Assembly: GCF_036365525.1 (NCBI RefSeq)
Contig: NC_090387.1
Location: 76,755,300 to 76,819,299, forward strand
DNA length: 64,000 nucleotides
Source of the DNA: Heterodontus francisci
Lineage: Eukaryota
Direction: 5' to 3'
The notes under the pieces were generated by a model that was not told where the DNA came from, did no database searches, and saw only the letters and a program-made list of their open reading frames with translations. The position numbers were made by a program, and so were the translations under genes. This document shows, in pieces, positions 37,696 through 52,159 of the stretch; position 1 is the stretch's first letter, and every line of letters begins with the position of its first letter.

Positions 37696-38940
37696 CAATC
37701 GATGGTTTTTGCTTTTTAACATGATGGGGACATTAATTGGTAGTCGCCCATTCTAAATTCCCCAAAGGCATACCAATTGGGTCAGGCTTCTTGCTTCAGC
37801 TCAGTAACATGACCTACTTCACAGTGAATAACAGAAAGTCGCAATACATGCTTCCATTTGAACATATAGATTCCGAACATCTTGATGAATCCAAGACAAA
37901 TCACCTTAATTCAATTTCCAATTTGATATCCTACCAAAGTCTCCACTCTGATCTTTATCTGTTAATGCCCAGTTATGTTCCAGGCGATTTAAGGCTCAGT
38001 GGATTCTGCCATATTTAACAACTGCAACTTGCCTTGATATAAAGCCTTTTCTGTAGTAAAACGTTCAAATGGGCTTCACAGGCAAACCATTAAACACAAA
38101 TTAGCATGCAGCAACATAAGGAGATAATACAACAAATGACCAAAAAGTTGGTCATAACGATTAATTTTAAGTCTTAAAAGGGGCAGAGAATGGTGCAGAC
38201 GCAGAGAGGTCTAGCTGGTGAATTCCAGAGTTGAGGGCGTAGATAGCTGAATGCAAGGTTGCAGAAGAGACTGGAATTGGGGTAAGGCTGAGTGCTCAGC
38301 GATTTTTTGGGTTGGAGGAGTGAAAGTCCATTGCAGAACAATCTCTCCAGGCAAGACTTTACCAGTTAAGGCAATAGGATACTTGATTAATAAGTCCAGA
38401 AAGTTTATTAAGAGTAAAATACTTAACAATTAAACGTAGAATTATACTTAACAAACTTGGGAATATAACTTTACAGCTCTCGCAGGTGCACTGCCTGGTC
38501 GAGTATTGTTGCGGAGCTATGCGGTCCTCTATTTTTGGTTCTGATTCCTCATCAAGCCGAGAACTTTACTGATGATCTATGCTTCTACCTCCGAGGTCTT
38601 CTATTGTCTTTGTGCAATGAAACCTTACAAGATCCCTGCTTTTCATCCCTGGATGTCCATCACACCACTTCAGTGTCAGGCTCTTGTAAAACAATAATTG
38701 TGTCTTGCGGTTGCTAGGTACAATTAATCGGTTCGTAATTATGTCTTCAATTGACAGCCACCTGTGCTTGTTACTTCACAATGGAGTGGTTTCATTAATC
38801 TGACCTTAGACAACGTCTCTATTCAGTAAAGCCAGACTCTTGAAGGCCACGATATAACATCCCATGGGCTTTATCAGGGATCCAAAAGCCCCCAATGTTT
38901 GTCTGAAACTGCACTTTCTCACACAGAAACAGAAAAATCT

Positions 38941-39422
38941 GGCTGGATCTTGTACTCATCTGGAAGGCAGGTTTTCTGGCTGGAGGGGCTGGAGAATTGG
39001 TGTGGAACCACCAGGAACAGCTGTGCCACCCGGGACCCCACTCTGCCTGGACTGAACTACCAACCCGTCCTCCCCGGGGCCTTGCGGACTGTCCCAGGTG
39101 ACCTAACCTCACCTATCTGTGTTCCGGTGTTCTATTGCGTGGCCTGGGTTCGAGGCCTCTTCAGTACTGGCAGTGGCCACTGCTCCCGGTGAAGCTACCG
39201 ATGCTGATGAGCTGCTGGCCCGCTATTGGCCGGCAGCTCTGCGGCGGGATTTGCATCCCAATAAAGTCTTTAAAGGGATGAGAATCACGCCTATTAAAAC
39301 TTTGACTTCAAAAGACCGGAGGATTGCTCTGGGGGTCGAAAAAATGTAGAGGCGGGTTTCGTCAACGCCTCGCCTTATTGGCCCGGTGCTAGCAGCAGCA
39401 TTTCTTGCACAAAATACAGCCC
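38941..39422. mobile_element. Putative MITE / non-autonomous DNA transposon
   Basis: Imperfect terminal inverted repeats ggctggatcttgtac / gcacaaaatacagcc (12/15); a related end aaaatccagccc at 40211-40222. Confidence 0.45.
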
Positions 39423-39556
39423 TTAGAGTAATTAAGTTAATAAGCTTTAAATGAAAACCCATTCTTTCCAAAATTATGATAGATTCATCAATTGTAACTC
39501 AGTCAAGGTTCAATTTTTTGCAATCATCTGTTTCATGGGTAACTACTTATTAGTTA

Positions 39557-40100
39557 GGGAGGGGGCGGGGGAGGGAGGGAGTGGGGGGAGGATAAGGGAG
39601 GGGGAAAGAGGGGGGAGGGGAGGGGAGGGAGAGAGGGGAGGGGAGGAGGGGAGGGGGAGGAGGGAGGAGAGGGGGAGGAGTGAGGGGAGAGGGAGGGTGG
39701 GAGGGAGGGGGTCGGGGGAAGGGGAGGGGGAAGAGGGAGAGGAGGGGGAGACGGATGGGAGGGGGAGGGAGAGGAGGGGGGGAGAGGGAGGGTGGGAGGG
39801 AGGAGGAAGGGGAGGGGCCAGGGGGGTGGGAAGGGGAGGGGGAGGGAGGGGGGTCGGGGGAACGGGAGGGAGGGGGAGGGATGGGGGACGAGGGAAGGGG
39901 AGGGAGGGAGGGAGAGGGAAGGGGGATGGTGGAGGGAGGGGGCAGGGAGGTGGGGGGAGGGGGGAAGGGAGGGGGAGGGATGGGAGAGGGAGGGGGAGGG
40001 AGGGGGAGGCGCGGGGTTGGGGGTGAGGCGGGGGGAGGGGGGAGGCGGGGAGGGGAGGGGGGAGGCGGGGGCGGGGTGGGGGGGTGGTGGGGGGGTTGGT
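39557..40100 (+). repeat. G-rich, largely polypurine low-complexity tract (~540 bp)
   Basis: Almost entirely G and A with many G runs. Confidence 0.95.
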
Positions 40101-41409
40101 GGCTGACCAGCTCATTATCCTCGGTCACCTCGAGGTAGAGTGTTCCGGCATGGCGATATGTGGCCTGCAGATGCGGGCCCCCATTTTTTGCATTCGCCGC
40201 CGCTGCAAAGAAAATCCAGCCCTCTGTCATTCGCTCTGCCTGATTTTTTTTTCAAAACGTACAAGATATACAGCTGGATAGCTTGTTTATCATTGTCCCT
40301 TCCATTTTGGATCAAATGCATTTTCCCTTCTACAATAACTTAGTACCCTGAAGGCCTTACATGTGCATGAAAATACTTTTTGACTTTCTTTCTGAGTGGG
40401 GTGATATGTACATAACTTTCTCAGCATTGATTATAAAGTTGTATTTCACGCTGTTCGTCAAACAGTTGCACATGTCTGAGTCCCGTTCTTCATTGCATTT
40501 CACCATGTATTCCTGAATGTTAGTTACTTCACATATAACAAGCCACATCTGCACATTTACACCGGTATTTCAATATCATGCCACACATTCTCGACACGCA
40601 AGAGATCTTATCAAATGATCAATAAATGGTGTTGAAAAAACCCCACAAATATCTCCACGAGAAAGTTAACAATTTACCATTCTCATCTACACTTTCCTGG
40701 CTTTCAGTGAAACATTCTGAACTTCTTGGAAATTCTACACTTCATTAATTTAACAATTTGAATTCTAATTTCACTATTGTTTGTTCCCCAAATTCCTTCA
40801 TTATTTTTCACATTTGTTAGAGTTAATTTTCAATTCTCATTTACTACAATTCTATTTCATTCATGAGCCCTGGAAGAACTTTACGATCCAATACACTATT
40901 TTCATAATATCTTTAAAACAGAAATCAAGCATTCCCATTTGATGTCAGGCTTTACCATAGTTTTTGTTGTATGTTCATGATGACTTTCAGGTTCTCAAAA
41001 GTAATAGTTGGACTTTTTGGATGTCAAAATTATCCCAAATTCAAATAACAGCGTCAGAGAACAATATTCCTGTGGTTACAGGTTTTGTTAATGTCTATTA
41101 TTTATTTCTTGATATTCAGTTTTACGATGTTTTCACGACAGAGACTGAAAGGTAAGTCTTTAAATTCTTAAAGCTGCTGTACCTCCTGTGGCATCATCGT
41201 CAGCTGTCCAAAGAAAAAAGTGAAGAATGCATTGTGGCTCTGCCTCAAAGTCCAGTGGATTAACTTGTTCAATCATATCTGCCAATTAAAAAAAAAACTT
41301 CAAATGTATAATGCCCACTATATAAATTTACAGTCAGTAATACACAAATTATGTGGTGAATTAAAAGCAAGCTGTCAGTCTAAAGGGTTAACTTCTCTTT
41401 TTTTCAAGG

Positions 41410-41811
41410 GGCAGAGCCAAATGTGTTGGAGGGATTCCTTTGACAGCCCAAGATAAGGAAAAGCCAGTTTTTGTTACACTGGATGGGGTTTTTCAGCAGC
41501 AACTGATACCACACATGTTAATGGGTACTCGAGAGACTTCTCAGAGAATAGTGAAAGCAGTAGTGGCCAGTGTCCCTGGCTGTGCAGTTCATCTGGCTGA
41601 TGTGATGGACTATAAGGGGACTTGGAAGGAAAACATGAAACAACTGGAAGACCATGCTTGGAAGGTTGCAAAGGGCTGAATGGGACAACCTTTGTAAAAA
41701 ATTAAAGTCAAATGTTTTGACGGAGTTTATTATTGTAGTCTCATCATTTAAAAAAAAAGTTCATATTTCTAAGAAAAACAATGTTATCACTGATGCTTTG
41801 TCACGAAGTTA
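41410..41811 (+). mobile_element. Internally deleted Gypsy pol remnant (RT core and RNase H end)
   Basis: HLADVMDYKGTWKENMKQL resembles YxDD..TWEEH..L; HISKKNNVITDALSRS* resembles the RNase H terminal N..ADALSR. Confidence 0.65.
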
Positions 41812-41990
41812 ACCATGCTAAGTTATATGGAAGGCGATGGCACAGAGAGAATGCTGTAAATTATCAATAGAGTGAATGGGTGTGATTGTGAGAAAAGATT
41901 AAAATGTTTTTTTCCCCAGTTTCTATTCCTTTTTTGTATTGTAATGAAACACATTTTGGGAATGGCTTTTCATTTCACCAAAGGTGGAGG

Positions 41991-42989
41991 TGTCACGAAC
42001 TTGTATTTATTTTCTCCACGGATTAAAAACGGTATGTGCCTTTAAGACCCTGTTTGAAAACAATGTGCCTTTCGGACTGAGCGCAGGGTACCAGATGAAC
42101 CTCTCTCTCGGCTACAGCAGGAGCGAGAGGTCGCATGGTATAATGTTTCGATTTGATTGTGTGTAAAACTGGCAACAACCGGTCTGAACCAGCCACCAGG
42201 GTACTACTGGAGAAAGGAGCTGTCTATTCTCTCTCAGCTGAAATTCTACAAGGAGCTGCAAATTAATTGCCTAAGGGGGGAAAAGCCTTTTTGTGAAGAG
42301 AACATTTGTATTGTAGAAGGCAGCAAAACTCCTATTCTTTACTTCTAAGCCAGGAAGTATTTGCTTCAAAATTGAATCTCACTTGACAGATTGTGTTTGC
42401 TGCAATTCAAAGTAAAGTTTCGACTGAGATACTGTCAGTTTTAAAATTCAAGTTGACCTATTTCTGTGCTCATAGTTGAAAGAACTATTTGATGCCTGTG
42501 GCAGCTGAATTGTTTTGAATGCCTATCTCCTGAAGAGATTATTTCTTCAAATCCGTATAGAGACTTTGAGTAGCATTCGATTATTTTCACATCAGAATAC
42601 CTCACCCATCAGGAATGTAACCAACAAAGACTTACTTATTTCTTTATTCATAAGAAACAGCCAATTTTTAAAAACACCACTTTTAAAACCAGTTAACTAC
42701 TGTTATTTTTGAGTGTATGTGTGTGAATGGAGGAGTTAGGTTAAAATAAGAAGTTATAAGGTCCTTAGACGTAGGTTTAGCGTAATAGTGTTTAAGATTT
42801 AGGTTTTTAATAAATAGTTAATTTGTGGTTGTCTAAAGATACCTGGTTTGCTCTGTTTTATTCTGGGGGTTAGTAGCGTGTTTAATTTGGCTGTTTTCTG
42901 GTTGCGTGGGAAAATTTTAATAATCTGCTGCTACCTGTGAAGTGATGGGACTGAACTGACTGTGCCTTGCTCCCTCCTCGGTCGTAACA
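41991..42989 (+). mobile_element. Gypsy 3' LTR (~1 kb)
   Basis: Purine-rich aaggtggagg immediately before TGTCACGA...TCGTAACA inverted termini; AATAAA near 42808. Confidence 0.75.
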
Positions 42990-44776
42990 ATAGTAACAGA
43001 CTATGTTCAATGTAATTTCATTTCTGCCTCGAGAACAAGCAGAGCAGAATGTAGACAGTTACCTATTCGTGTTATAAATAGACTTTCGTCACCTGATTGC
43101 TAACTAACGTTGTCTTTTCCATATCTCTTGACAACCTTGATGGTGAGTTACACAAGGGTCCGAGGTCCTAGTTTCTCAGATGTGCTCGTAACCGTTCACT
43201 CACATACTCAGTATCTGGACCAAGTGCACTTAGCACTGATAGAAACACGAGAGGGTTGGTAAGTTCCTGAATTTAATGTATTCTAGGTTTTACAGTTAAT
43301 GGGAATTCAAAAAAGCACCATTCTGATCGGAGAATGCCAATAGGTGGCACCTCGAGGATTACATTGCTGTCTTACACTTACATCAGATGTATTTAAATTC
43401 GGTTTAGATGTTTAAAAAGCAAAACATATCTGAAAATTAAGTAAAGTGGATCTAACCGAATTATGCGATTTTTTTGAAAAGACATTGGTTTTCGTTTCAC
43501 TCTTAAACTGAGGCTTACAGGTAGAAACAAGGCTTGTAATAGCAGAACTGCAAATATTACAAGAAAATATTCTTGCATTTTCACCATCCACAAGGCAGAC
43601 GTCAGGAGTGTGGTGGGCTTCACTCCATGACCAGAGACCGACAAAGCGAGAGAGAGGAGCACAATGGGAGCGGAGGTTAAAAAAGCGCAACAAAAATCCA
43701 GAGTTGGAGACCAGAGACACAAACAGACAGAGAGAGAAGAGCACGGCGGGAGCAGTGACAGAGAGTGGAGTACAGCGGAGCGGAAGTTTAAAAAGGGCGC
43801 CAAAAGCGGAGACAGGCAGAGCGAGAGAGAAGCAGGGGAAAATTGAACAGTGACATCAGAGGTCACAATCGACAGTGAAAGCAGGGAAACGGAAAGCCGC
43901 CGGGGTGAATATACAGGTAAGCTTTAAATTAAGTTTAAATCAAACATAGCATAACACTTGATTGATTTATCCGTATGTACACTAAAAACTAAAGCGAATT
44001 TTATAATTTATAATAGGGTGAGAGAAAGACCAGCAGTGAGTGTACTAATTCAAATTAGGACAACTTAACACAAAAGCTGTATTAAGTATTATTAGGGTTT
44101 ATCGGTGTTTGTAAGGTTTACTAATAATAGTGAGGTTTATTAGTATTGGCAAAGCTTTATTCTCATTGGTAACGTCTATACGACTCACAGAGTGCAGATT
44201 AAAAGCTGAGTGTGGACATTAGACTTTGGTGAATGGCAAGTTCGGTGAAGGGGGCAGAGGTGCTCAATTTTTCCTTTTTTTTGTACTCTTTTAACGCTTC
44301 AGTATTTGGTTCTTCCTTCCGGGTGCAGTGGAAGGAGCTGTTTAGTGAGTGCCTGGTAAGCTGCCACATCACAGGCAAGCAGGTAGGTGATTGGATTGGG
44401 AAGAAGCAACCTGTTTGGTGAGTATCTGGTAAGTGATTAAGGTCTATTCTAATCTTAATATTTAAAATAGTAAAGGATCTAGTGGTAAGGTTAATAAAAT
44501 ATATAAAAAAGGTAAATAAAATAAATAATTGAATAAAATAATTGAGTCGTTAATTAAAACACATAAAGCATGGCAGGACAGGTGATGTGTCATGGCTACA
44601 GTATGTGGGAGCTCATGGATGCCAGTGTGATCCAGAGCAAACATGTTTGTGGTAAATGTTTGCGGCTCGAAGAGCTTCGGCTCAGAGTCATTGAACTGGC
44701 GTCCAAGCTGCAGACACTGCAACACGTCAGGGAGGAGGAAAGTTACCTGGACATTTTGTACCAGGAGGCGGTCACA

Positions 44777-46423
44777 CACAAAGAACAAAGAGCAGTACAG
44801 CACAGGAACAGGCCATTCGGCCCTCCAAGCCTGCGCCGATCTTGATGCCTGCCTAAACTAACACCTTCTGCACTTCCGGGGCACATATCCCTCTATTCCC
44901 TTCCTATTCATATATTTGTCAAGATGTCTCTTAAACATCGTTATCGTATCTGCTTCCACCACCTCGCCTGTCAGCAAGTTCCAGGCACTCACCACCCTCT
45001 GTGTAAAAAACTTGCCTCGCACATCCCCTCTAAACTTTGCCCCTCGCACCTTAAACCTATATCCCCTAGTAACTGATTCTTCCACCCTGGGAAATAGCTT
45101 CTGACTATCCACTCTGTCCATGCCGCTCATAACTTCGTAAACCTCTATCACAGTGGCGCAGTGGTTAGCACCGCAGCCTCACAGCTCCAGGGACCCGGGT
45201 TCGATTCCGGGTACTGCCTGTGCGGAGTTTGCAAGTTCTCCCTGTGTCTGCGTGGGTTTTCTCCGGGTGCTCCGGTTTCCTCCCACAAGCCAAAAGACTT
45301 GCAGGTTGGTAGGTAAATTGGCCATTATAAATTGTCACTAGTATAGGTAGGTGGTAGGGAAATACAGGGACAGGTGGGGATGTTTGGTAGGTATATGGGA
45401 TTAGTGTAGGATTAGTATAAATGGGTGGTTGATGGTCGGCACAGACTCGGTGGGCCGAAGGGCCTGTTTCAGTGCTGTATCTCTAATCTAAATCTCTCTA
45501 ATCTAATCATGTCGGCCCTCCATCTCCGTCGTTCCAGTGAAAACAATCCGAGTTTATCCAACCTCTCCTCATAGCTAATGCCCTCCAGACCAGGCAACAT
45601 CCTGGTAAACCTCCTCTGTACCCTCTCCAAAGCCTCCACATCCTTCTGGTAGTTTGGCGACCAGAATTGCACGCAATATTCTAAGTGTGGCCTAACTAAG
45701 GTTCTGTACAGCTGCAACATGACTTGCCAATTTTTATACTCTATGCCCTGACTGATGAAGGCAAGCATGCCGTATGCCTTCTTGACTACTTATCCACCTA
45801 CGTTGTCACTTTCAGTGACCTGTGGACCTGTACGCCCAGATCTCTCTGCCTGTCAATACTCCTAAGGGTTCTGCCATTTGCTGTATACCTCCCATCTGCA
45901 TTAGACCTTCCAAAATGCATTACCTCACATTTGTCCAGATAAGACTCCATCTGCCATTGCTCCGCCCAAGTCTCCAACCGATCTATATCCTGCTGTATCC
46001 TCTGACAATCCTCATCATTATCCGCAACTCCACCAACCTTTGTGTCGTCCGCAAACTTACTAATCAGACCAGCTACATTTTCCTCCAAATCATTTATATA
46101 TACTACAAACAGCAAAGGTCCCAGCACTGATCCCTGCGGAACACCACTAGTCACATCCCTCCATTCAGAAAAACACCCATCCACTGTTACCCTCTGTCTT
46201 CTGTGACTGAGCCAGTTCTGTATCCATCTTTCCAGCTCACCTCTGATCCCGTGTGACTTCACCTTTTGCACCAGTCTGCCATGCGGGACCTTGTCAAAGG
46301 CTTTACTAAAGTCCATATAGACAACATCCACTGCCCTTCCCTCATCAATCATCTTCGTCACTTCCTCACAAAACGCAATCAAATTAGTAAGACATGACCT
46401 CCCCTTCACAAAACCATGCTGTC
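44777..46423 (-). mobile_element. 5'-truncated CR1 inserted antisense into CR1 ORF1
   Basis: RT ORFs 45798-46511, 45469-45768, 44858-45151; acaaagaacaaag tail. Confidence 0.9.
45149..45508 (+). mobile_element. V-SINE nested in CR1 (third nesting layer)
   Basis: Complete SINE; CR1 sequence continues on both sides. Confidence 0.9.
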
Positions 46424-49400
46424 TTAGGATAGGGTCTTCTGATTTGGTCAGGGACAGAAGAGTGTGGCTGCAGCTGAGGCAGGTAAGGGGACCCAGAGGG
46501 CAGGAGAGCAAAAGCCTCAGCCTTTGCAGTTGTCCAACATGTTTGTGGTTCTGTTAGCTTTTTTAGATGAGAGTGGAGGCTGCAGGGTGGATGAGCAAAC
46601 TGACCATGGCACCATGGTAAATGAAGCCTTTCAAGTGGAGGGGGAAAAATAATGTAGTGGTAGTTGGGGACAGTATAGTTAGGTGGATTGGCACAGTTCT
46701 CTGCAGCAAAGAGCGGAGTCCAGACAGCTGTGTTGCCTGCCCGGTACCAGGGTTCGGGACATCTGCTCAGGGATAGAGAGGAACTTACAGTAGGATGGGG
46801 AGGATCCAGTCATCGTGATCCATGTAGGTACCAACAACATAGGCAGGACAAGGAAAGATGTTCTGCATCGTCAGTGTGAGGAACTAGGTACAAAGTTAAG
46901 AAGCAGAACCTCAAAGGTAGTAATATCTGGATTATTACCTGAGCCACCTGCAAATTGGCATAGGGCAAATAAGATTAGAGAAATTAATGCCTGACTCAAA
47001 GACTGTTGTGGTAGAAGTGAGTTTCGGTTCGTGGGGCAATGGCACCAGTACTGGGGAAAGTGGTGGCTGTCTATACCTGAACCATGCTGGGGCTGGTGTT
47101 CTAGCGATCCACATAACTAAGGAAGTAGAAAAGATTTAAAATTGAATAGTGGGAGCAAGGGATCAAATTTCGGAAGATATGATCAATAAAGGAGTAGAGA
47201 CAAGGCAAGAGAGTAAGGTATTAATATGGGAAATGATAAACAGACCGTGACAGGAAGGGACAGAGCGTACAAATCTAAGAGTAAATCAACAAATAAGGCG
47301 AGAGGTTGCAAAAATAATAAAAGGACAAAACTAAAGGTTTTGTATCTGAATGCATGTAACATTTGAAACAAAGTAGATGAACTGAGAGGACAAATAGAAG
47401 TAAATAAGTACGATCTGATAGCCAGTACAGAGACATGGCTGTAGGACTACATAGATTGGGACCTGAATATTGAAGGGTACATGATATTTAGGAATGACAG
47501 GAAGCTAGGAGAAGGTGGAGGGGTACCTCTGTTAATTATTGATGGTGCAATACAGACTGAAGACCTAAGTTCAGGAGACCAGGATGTAGAAGCAGTTTGG
47601 GCAGAGATGACAGATCATAAAGGCAAGAAGTCACTTATGGGAGTCGTGTAGAGACCACCTAACATTAATCGCATTGTAGGACGGGGTATAAAGGAATAAA
47701 TAATGGCAGCTTGTCAGAAATGTACAGCGATGATTATGGGGGATTTTAACTTACATATAGACTGGCAAAATCACATGGACAGAGGTAGCCTAGATGAGGA
47801 GTTCATAGAATGTTTTCAGGATAATTTCTTGGAAGAATAAGTTCTGGAGCCAACCAGCGAGCAGGCTATACTAGACCTGGTATTGTGCAATGAGATAGGA
47901 TTAATGAATGGCCTCATAGTTAAGGCGCTCCTAGGTAGTAGCGTTCATAATATGATTGATTTTTACATTCAGATTGAGGGAGCGAAGAGTGGGTCCAAGA
48001 CTAGTATTTTAAACTTAAATAAGGGCAATTATGAGGGCATAAAAGCAGAGCTAGCTAAAGTGAACTGGCAAATTAGAGTAAGGGATAGGTCAATAGAGAT
48101 GCAGTAGCATACAATTAAGGGGATATTTCAGCATACACAGAATTTAATCGAGAATGAAAAATTCTAAAGTTGGTACCCACCATCTGTGGTTAACGAAAAC
48201 AGTTAAAGCTGGTATAAAACTTAAAGAAAAAGCCTATAATTGTGCAAAGATGGGAGGCAGGAAGATTGGACACATTATATAAAAAAGCAAAGAATGACTA
48301 AATGATTGAAAAGGATGATTCAATTAGAGTACGATAGAAAACTAGCTAGAAATAAATAGACAGATAGTAAGAGTTTAAATAGATATTTTTAAAAAAGAAT
48401 AAAGTTAACAAAGTAAGCATTGGTCCTATAGAAGGTGAGTCTGGAGAATTAGTAATGGATAATAAGGAGATGGCAGATGGATGGAACAGATATTTTGCAT
48501 CGGTCTTCACTATTGAAGATACAAGTAATATCCCAGTGTTAGCTACAAGTCAGGAAATGGAAGGGAGGGAGGAACTCAAGAAAATTACAATCACCAGTGC
48601 AATGGTACTGAACAAACTGTTGGAGCCCCATGCTGACAAGTTCCCGGGTCTTGATGGACTTCATCCTAGGGTGTTAAAAGAAGTGGCTAGTGAGATACTT
48701 GATGCATTAGTTTTAATTTTCCAAAATTCCCTAGATTCAGGGTAGGTTCCATTAGATTGGAAAATAGCGAATGTAGCTTCTTTATTCAAAGAGGGACAGA
48801 GACAGAAAGCAGGAAACGACAGGCCAGTTAGTTTAACAACTGTCTTTGGAAAATGTTAGAAGCTATTATTAAAGATGTTATAGCAGGGCATTTAGAAAAA
48901 TTCAAGGTAATCAGGCAAAGTCAACATGGTTTTGTGAAAGGAAAATCATGTTTAACCAATTTATTGGAGTTTTTTTGAGTTGTGCTGTGGATAAAGGGGA
49001 GCCGGTGGATGTATTGTATTTAGATTTCTGGAAGGCATTTGACAAGGTGCCACATCAAAGGTTATTACAAGAAATGAAAGCTCATGGTGTAGTGGGTAAC
49101 ATATTGGCATGGATAGAAGATTGGTTAGCTAACAGGAAACGGAGAGTAGGCATAAATGGGTCATTTTCTGGTTGGTAAGATGTAACTAGTGGTGTGCCAA
49201 AGGGATATGTGCTGGGGCTTCAACCTTTTACAATTTATATAAATGACTTAGATGAAGGGACCCAAGGTATGGTTGTTAAATTTGCTGATGACACAACGAT
49301 AGGTAGGAAAGTAACTTGTGAAGAGGACTTAAGGAGGCTACACAGGGATATATATATCGGGTACATGAGTGGGCAAAGACCTGGCAAATGGAGTATAATG

Positions 49401-52159
49401 TGGGAAAGTGCGAGATTGTTCACTTTGGCAGGAAGAATAAAAAAGAAGCATACTATCTAAATGGTGAGAGATTGCAGAGCTCTGAGATGCAGAGGGATCT
49501 GGGTGTCCTGGTGCAGGAATCGTAAGAGGTTTGTATGCAGGTACAGCACATAATTAGGAAAGCTAATAAAGTTTTATCAGTTATCGTGAAGGGAATTGAA
49601 TACAAAAGTAGGGAGGTTATACTTTAGCTATACAGGGCATTGGTGAGACCACATCTGGAGTACTGTGTACAGTGCTGATCTCCTTATTTAAGGAAGGATG
49701 TAAATTCTTTGGAGGCAGTACAGAGAAAGTTTACTAGACTAATACCTGGAATGGGTGGACTGTCGTACGAGCAAAGATTGGACAGGCTAGTCTTGTATCC
49801 ACTGGAATTTAGAAGAGTAAGAGGCGACTTGATTGAAACATATAAGATCGTGGGAGGTCTTGACAGGGTAGATGTGGAAGGGATGTTTCCCCTTGTAGGA
49901 GAATATAGAACTAGGGGGTCACTGGATAAAATAAGGAGTCACCCATTTAAGACAGAGATAAAGAGAATTTGTTTCTCTCAGAGGGTCATGAGTCTTTGGA
50001 ATTCTCTTCCTCAAAAGGTGGTGGAAGAAGAGTCTTTGAATATTTTTAAGGCAGTGGTAGATAGATTCTTGATAATCAAGGGGGTGAAAGGTTTTCGGAG
50101 GTAGGTGGAAATGTGGAGTAATCAGTTCATCCATGAACTTATTGAATGGAGGAGCAGGCTCGAAGGGCCACGTGGCCTACTCCTGCTCCTAATTTGTATG
50201 TTCATATAAATACAGTTCCAACAACACTCAAAAAGCTGGACACCATAAAAGAGAAATTAACCCATTTGTTTGACAACCCAACCACCACCTTAAACATTAA
50301 TATCCTCCAACACCAATCATCGTAGTTGCAGTGTGTACCATTCGACAAGATACACTTTAGCAACTCGCCAAACTTTCTTTGACAGCACCTCCCAAACCTG
50401 CGACCTCTACCGCCTCACAGAAAGACAAGGGCAGCAAGCGCATGGGAACACACCACCTGCACGTTCCCTTCCAAGTCACAAACCATCCTGACCTGGAAAT
50501 GTAGGCCCAGGTCTTGTGGTTCCAATCGAGCCGAAAGCTAAGGATGTCATTGCTCCTGAGGGCCACAACGGCATCGCAACTTCCAGGGACCCCACTTCCA
50601 CTCGAAGCTGGAATTTGCGGTGCGCCTGAATGGGCTCCGAGGGAAGGGCACGTTGATGGCCTGTAAGTCGGGGATTCGGCTGATCTCCCTGTACTTACCC
50701 CAATATTTACGTGGATTTATTTAGGGCTGCTCCTAGCAAGCTCAGAGCTGTTAATGTACTACGGATAAAGGCTCACCGACATGTTCATAAGTGCGGCGTT
50801 TGTGGACACATGCAATATGACAGCCGTTTAGGGTATCCTTCAAATAAGGCGAAGCCTCTCATTTACTTTTTTAAAACATATTTTTGCCCATTGAACGTTT
50901 GATCTGGAAGTTAATTAGACGTGCGGTCTTTGTTAATGTAGCTGTATATCCGGTTTCAAACTAATTTTCACAGTTTCATCATGGCTGCCGCCACTTTGCT
51001 CCAATCTTTTTAGTCAGGACGCGCCGATAACCAAGAAATTGCTCTTGCAAACATACCCTGACCGAGAGCATACGTCGGCAGCTGTTTCATGGGATCATCG
51101 AATCTCTATCTCCCAAATGTTCAATACGCTTATTACAAAGTGAAAATAAACCCCTAGGCAATCACTGATGATCCAGATTCAGGTACTGTGTTGGGAATAG
51201 CATCAGGTGTCCCGAAATATAACATATCGCAGCGATAAGAGCTCCTGTGTATCACGTGAAATGCATAGCGCTGTTGAAATCATAGTCGAACAGTCTCTAT
51301 ATACACAATTGCTGACATAGTCGGCCATTTACTCACCTTTCTCATAAAATATTGCTAGTTACATTATGACCAAACTAAAAAAGTTCCCCATTTGTGCAAA
51401 TTTTGCATTTCTAGTATATTGTGTAGCCGCTTACAGCTGAAGGGACGTATAAGAATAATTGCCTCATGAAATTCTCCCAAAGGAATTCGTACAGTTTATT
51501 AATTCCTTCACGGGATGCGGGTGGTACTGGTGAGGCCACCATTTGTTACCCGTCCCTAATTGCTGTTCAAGGGATGGTGGCGAGTCACGTTCATAAATAC
51601 AACTGAGTGATTTGCTTCGGGGCAGTTAAGAGTCAATCATATTGCTACAGCCTGGAGTCACATACAGGCCGGGCTGGATAAGGATGGTAGATTTCCCTTC
51701 CAAAAGGGCATTAATGAACCAGATTTTTTTGTGTGCAATAATCCAGTTATTTCCTGGTCAACATTACCAGCTTTTCATTCTAGGTTGATTTAACGAATTG
51801 AACTTAAATTCCCCAGGTGGGATTCGAACTGTTGTCTCCAGATCCTCAGTCCAGGCTTCTGAATTATTGTTCAATAATATAACCATTATGCTACTGTACC
51901 AGCTACCACAGCTTAATCTCGGGTTAACATACTGTCTCAAAAATTAGTGAAATCAGTGATGTGTGATTGGTGGCAATAGCTTCTCTCCTCACTCCTGCAT
52001 TGTTTCCTCTGGTGGCCTCCCATGTATCAACCCTTGGCTTCCTCCTAGTTCTCATCTGCAAGTTGCCTAGTGGCAACAACATCCAAAAACAGTATCAGTT
52101 TCCACATGTACACTTAGGACACCCAGTTCCACCTCATCACCACCACTTTTGACGCCTCC

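Larger units (their letters stand above)
43750..50207 (+). mobile_element. Near full-length but decayed CR1 LINE, interrupted by an antisense CR1
   Basis: ORF1 start 44570 (C..MWE...C.KC.RLEELRLRV.EL), SGNH region ~46650-47140, ORF2 APE/RT ~47330-50104 with many stops; 5' boundary uncertain. Confidence 0.9.

Noticed and set aside
39451-40230. Long Gly/Arg-rich and Pro-rich ORFs on both strands
   Set aside because: By-products of the stop-free G-rich tract
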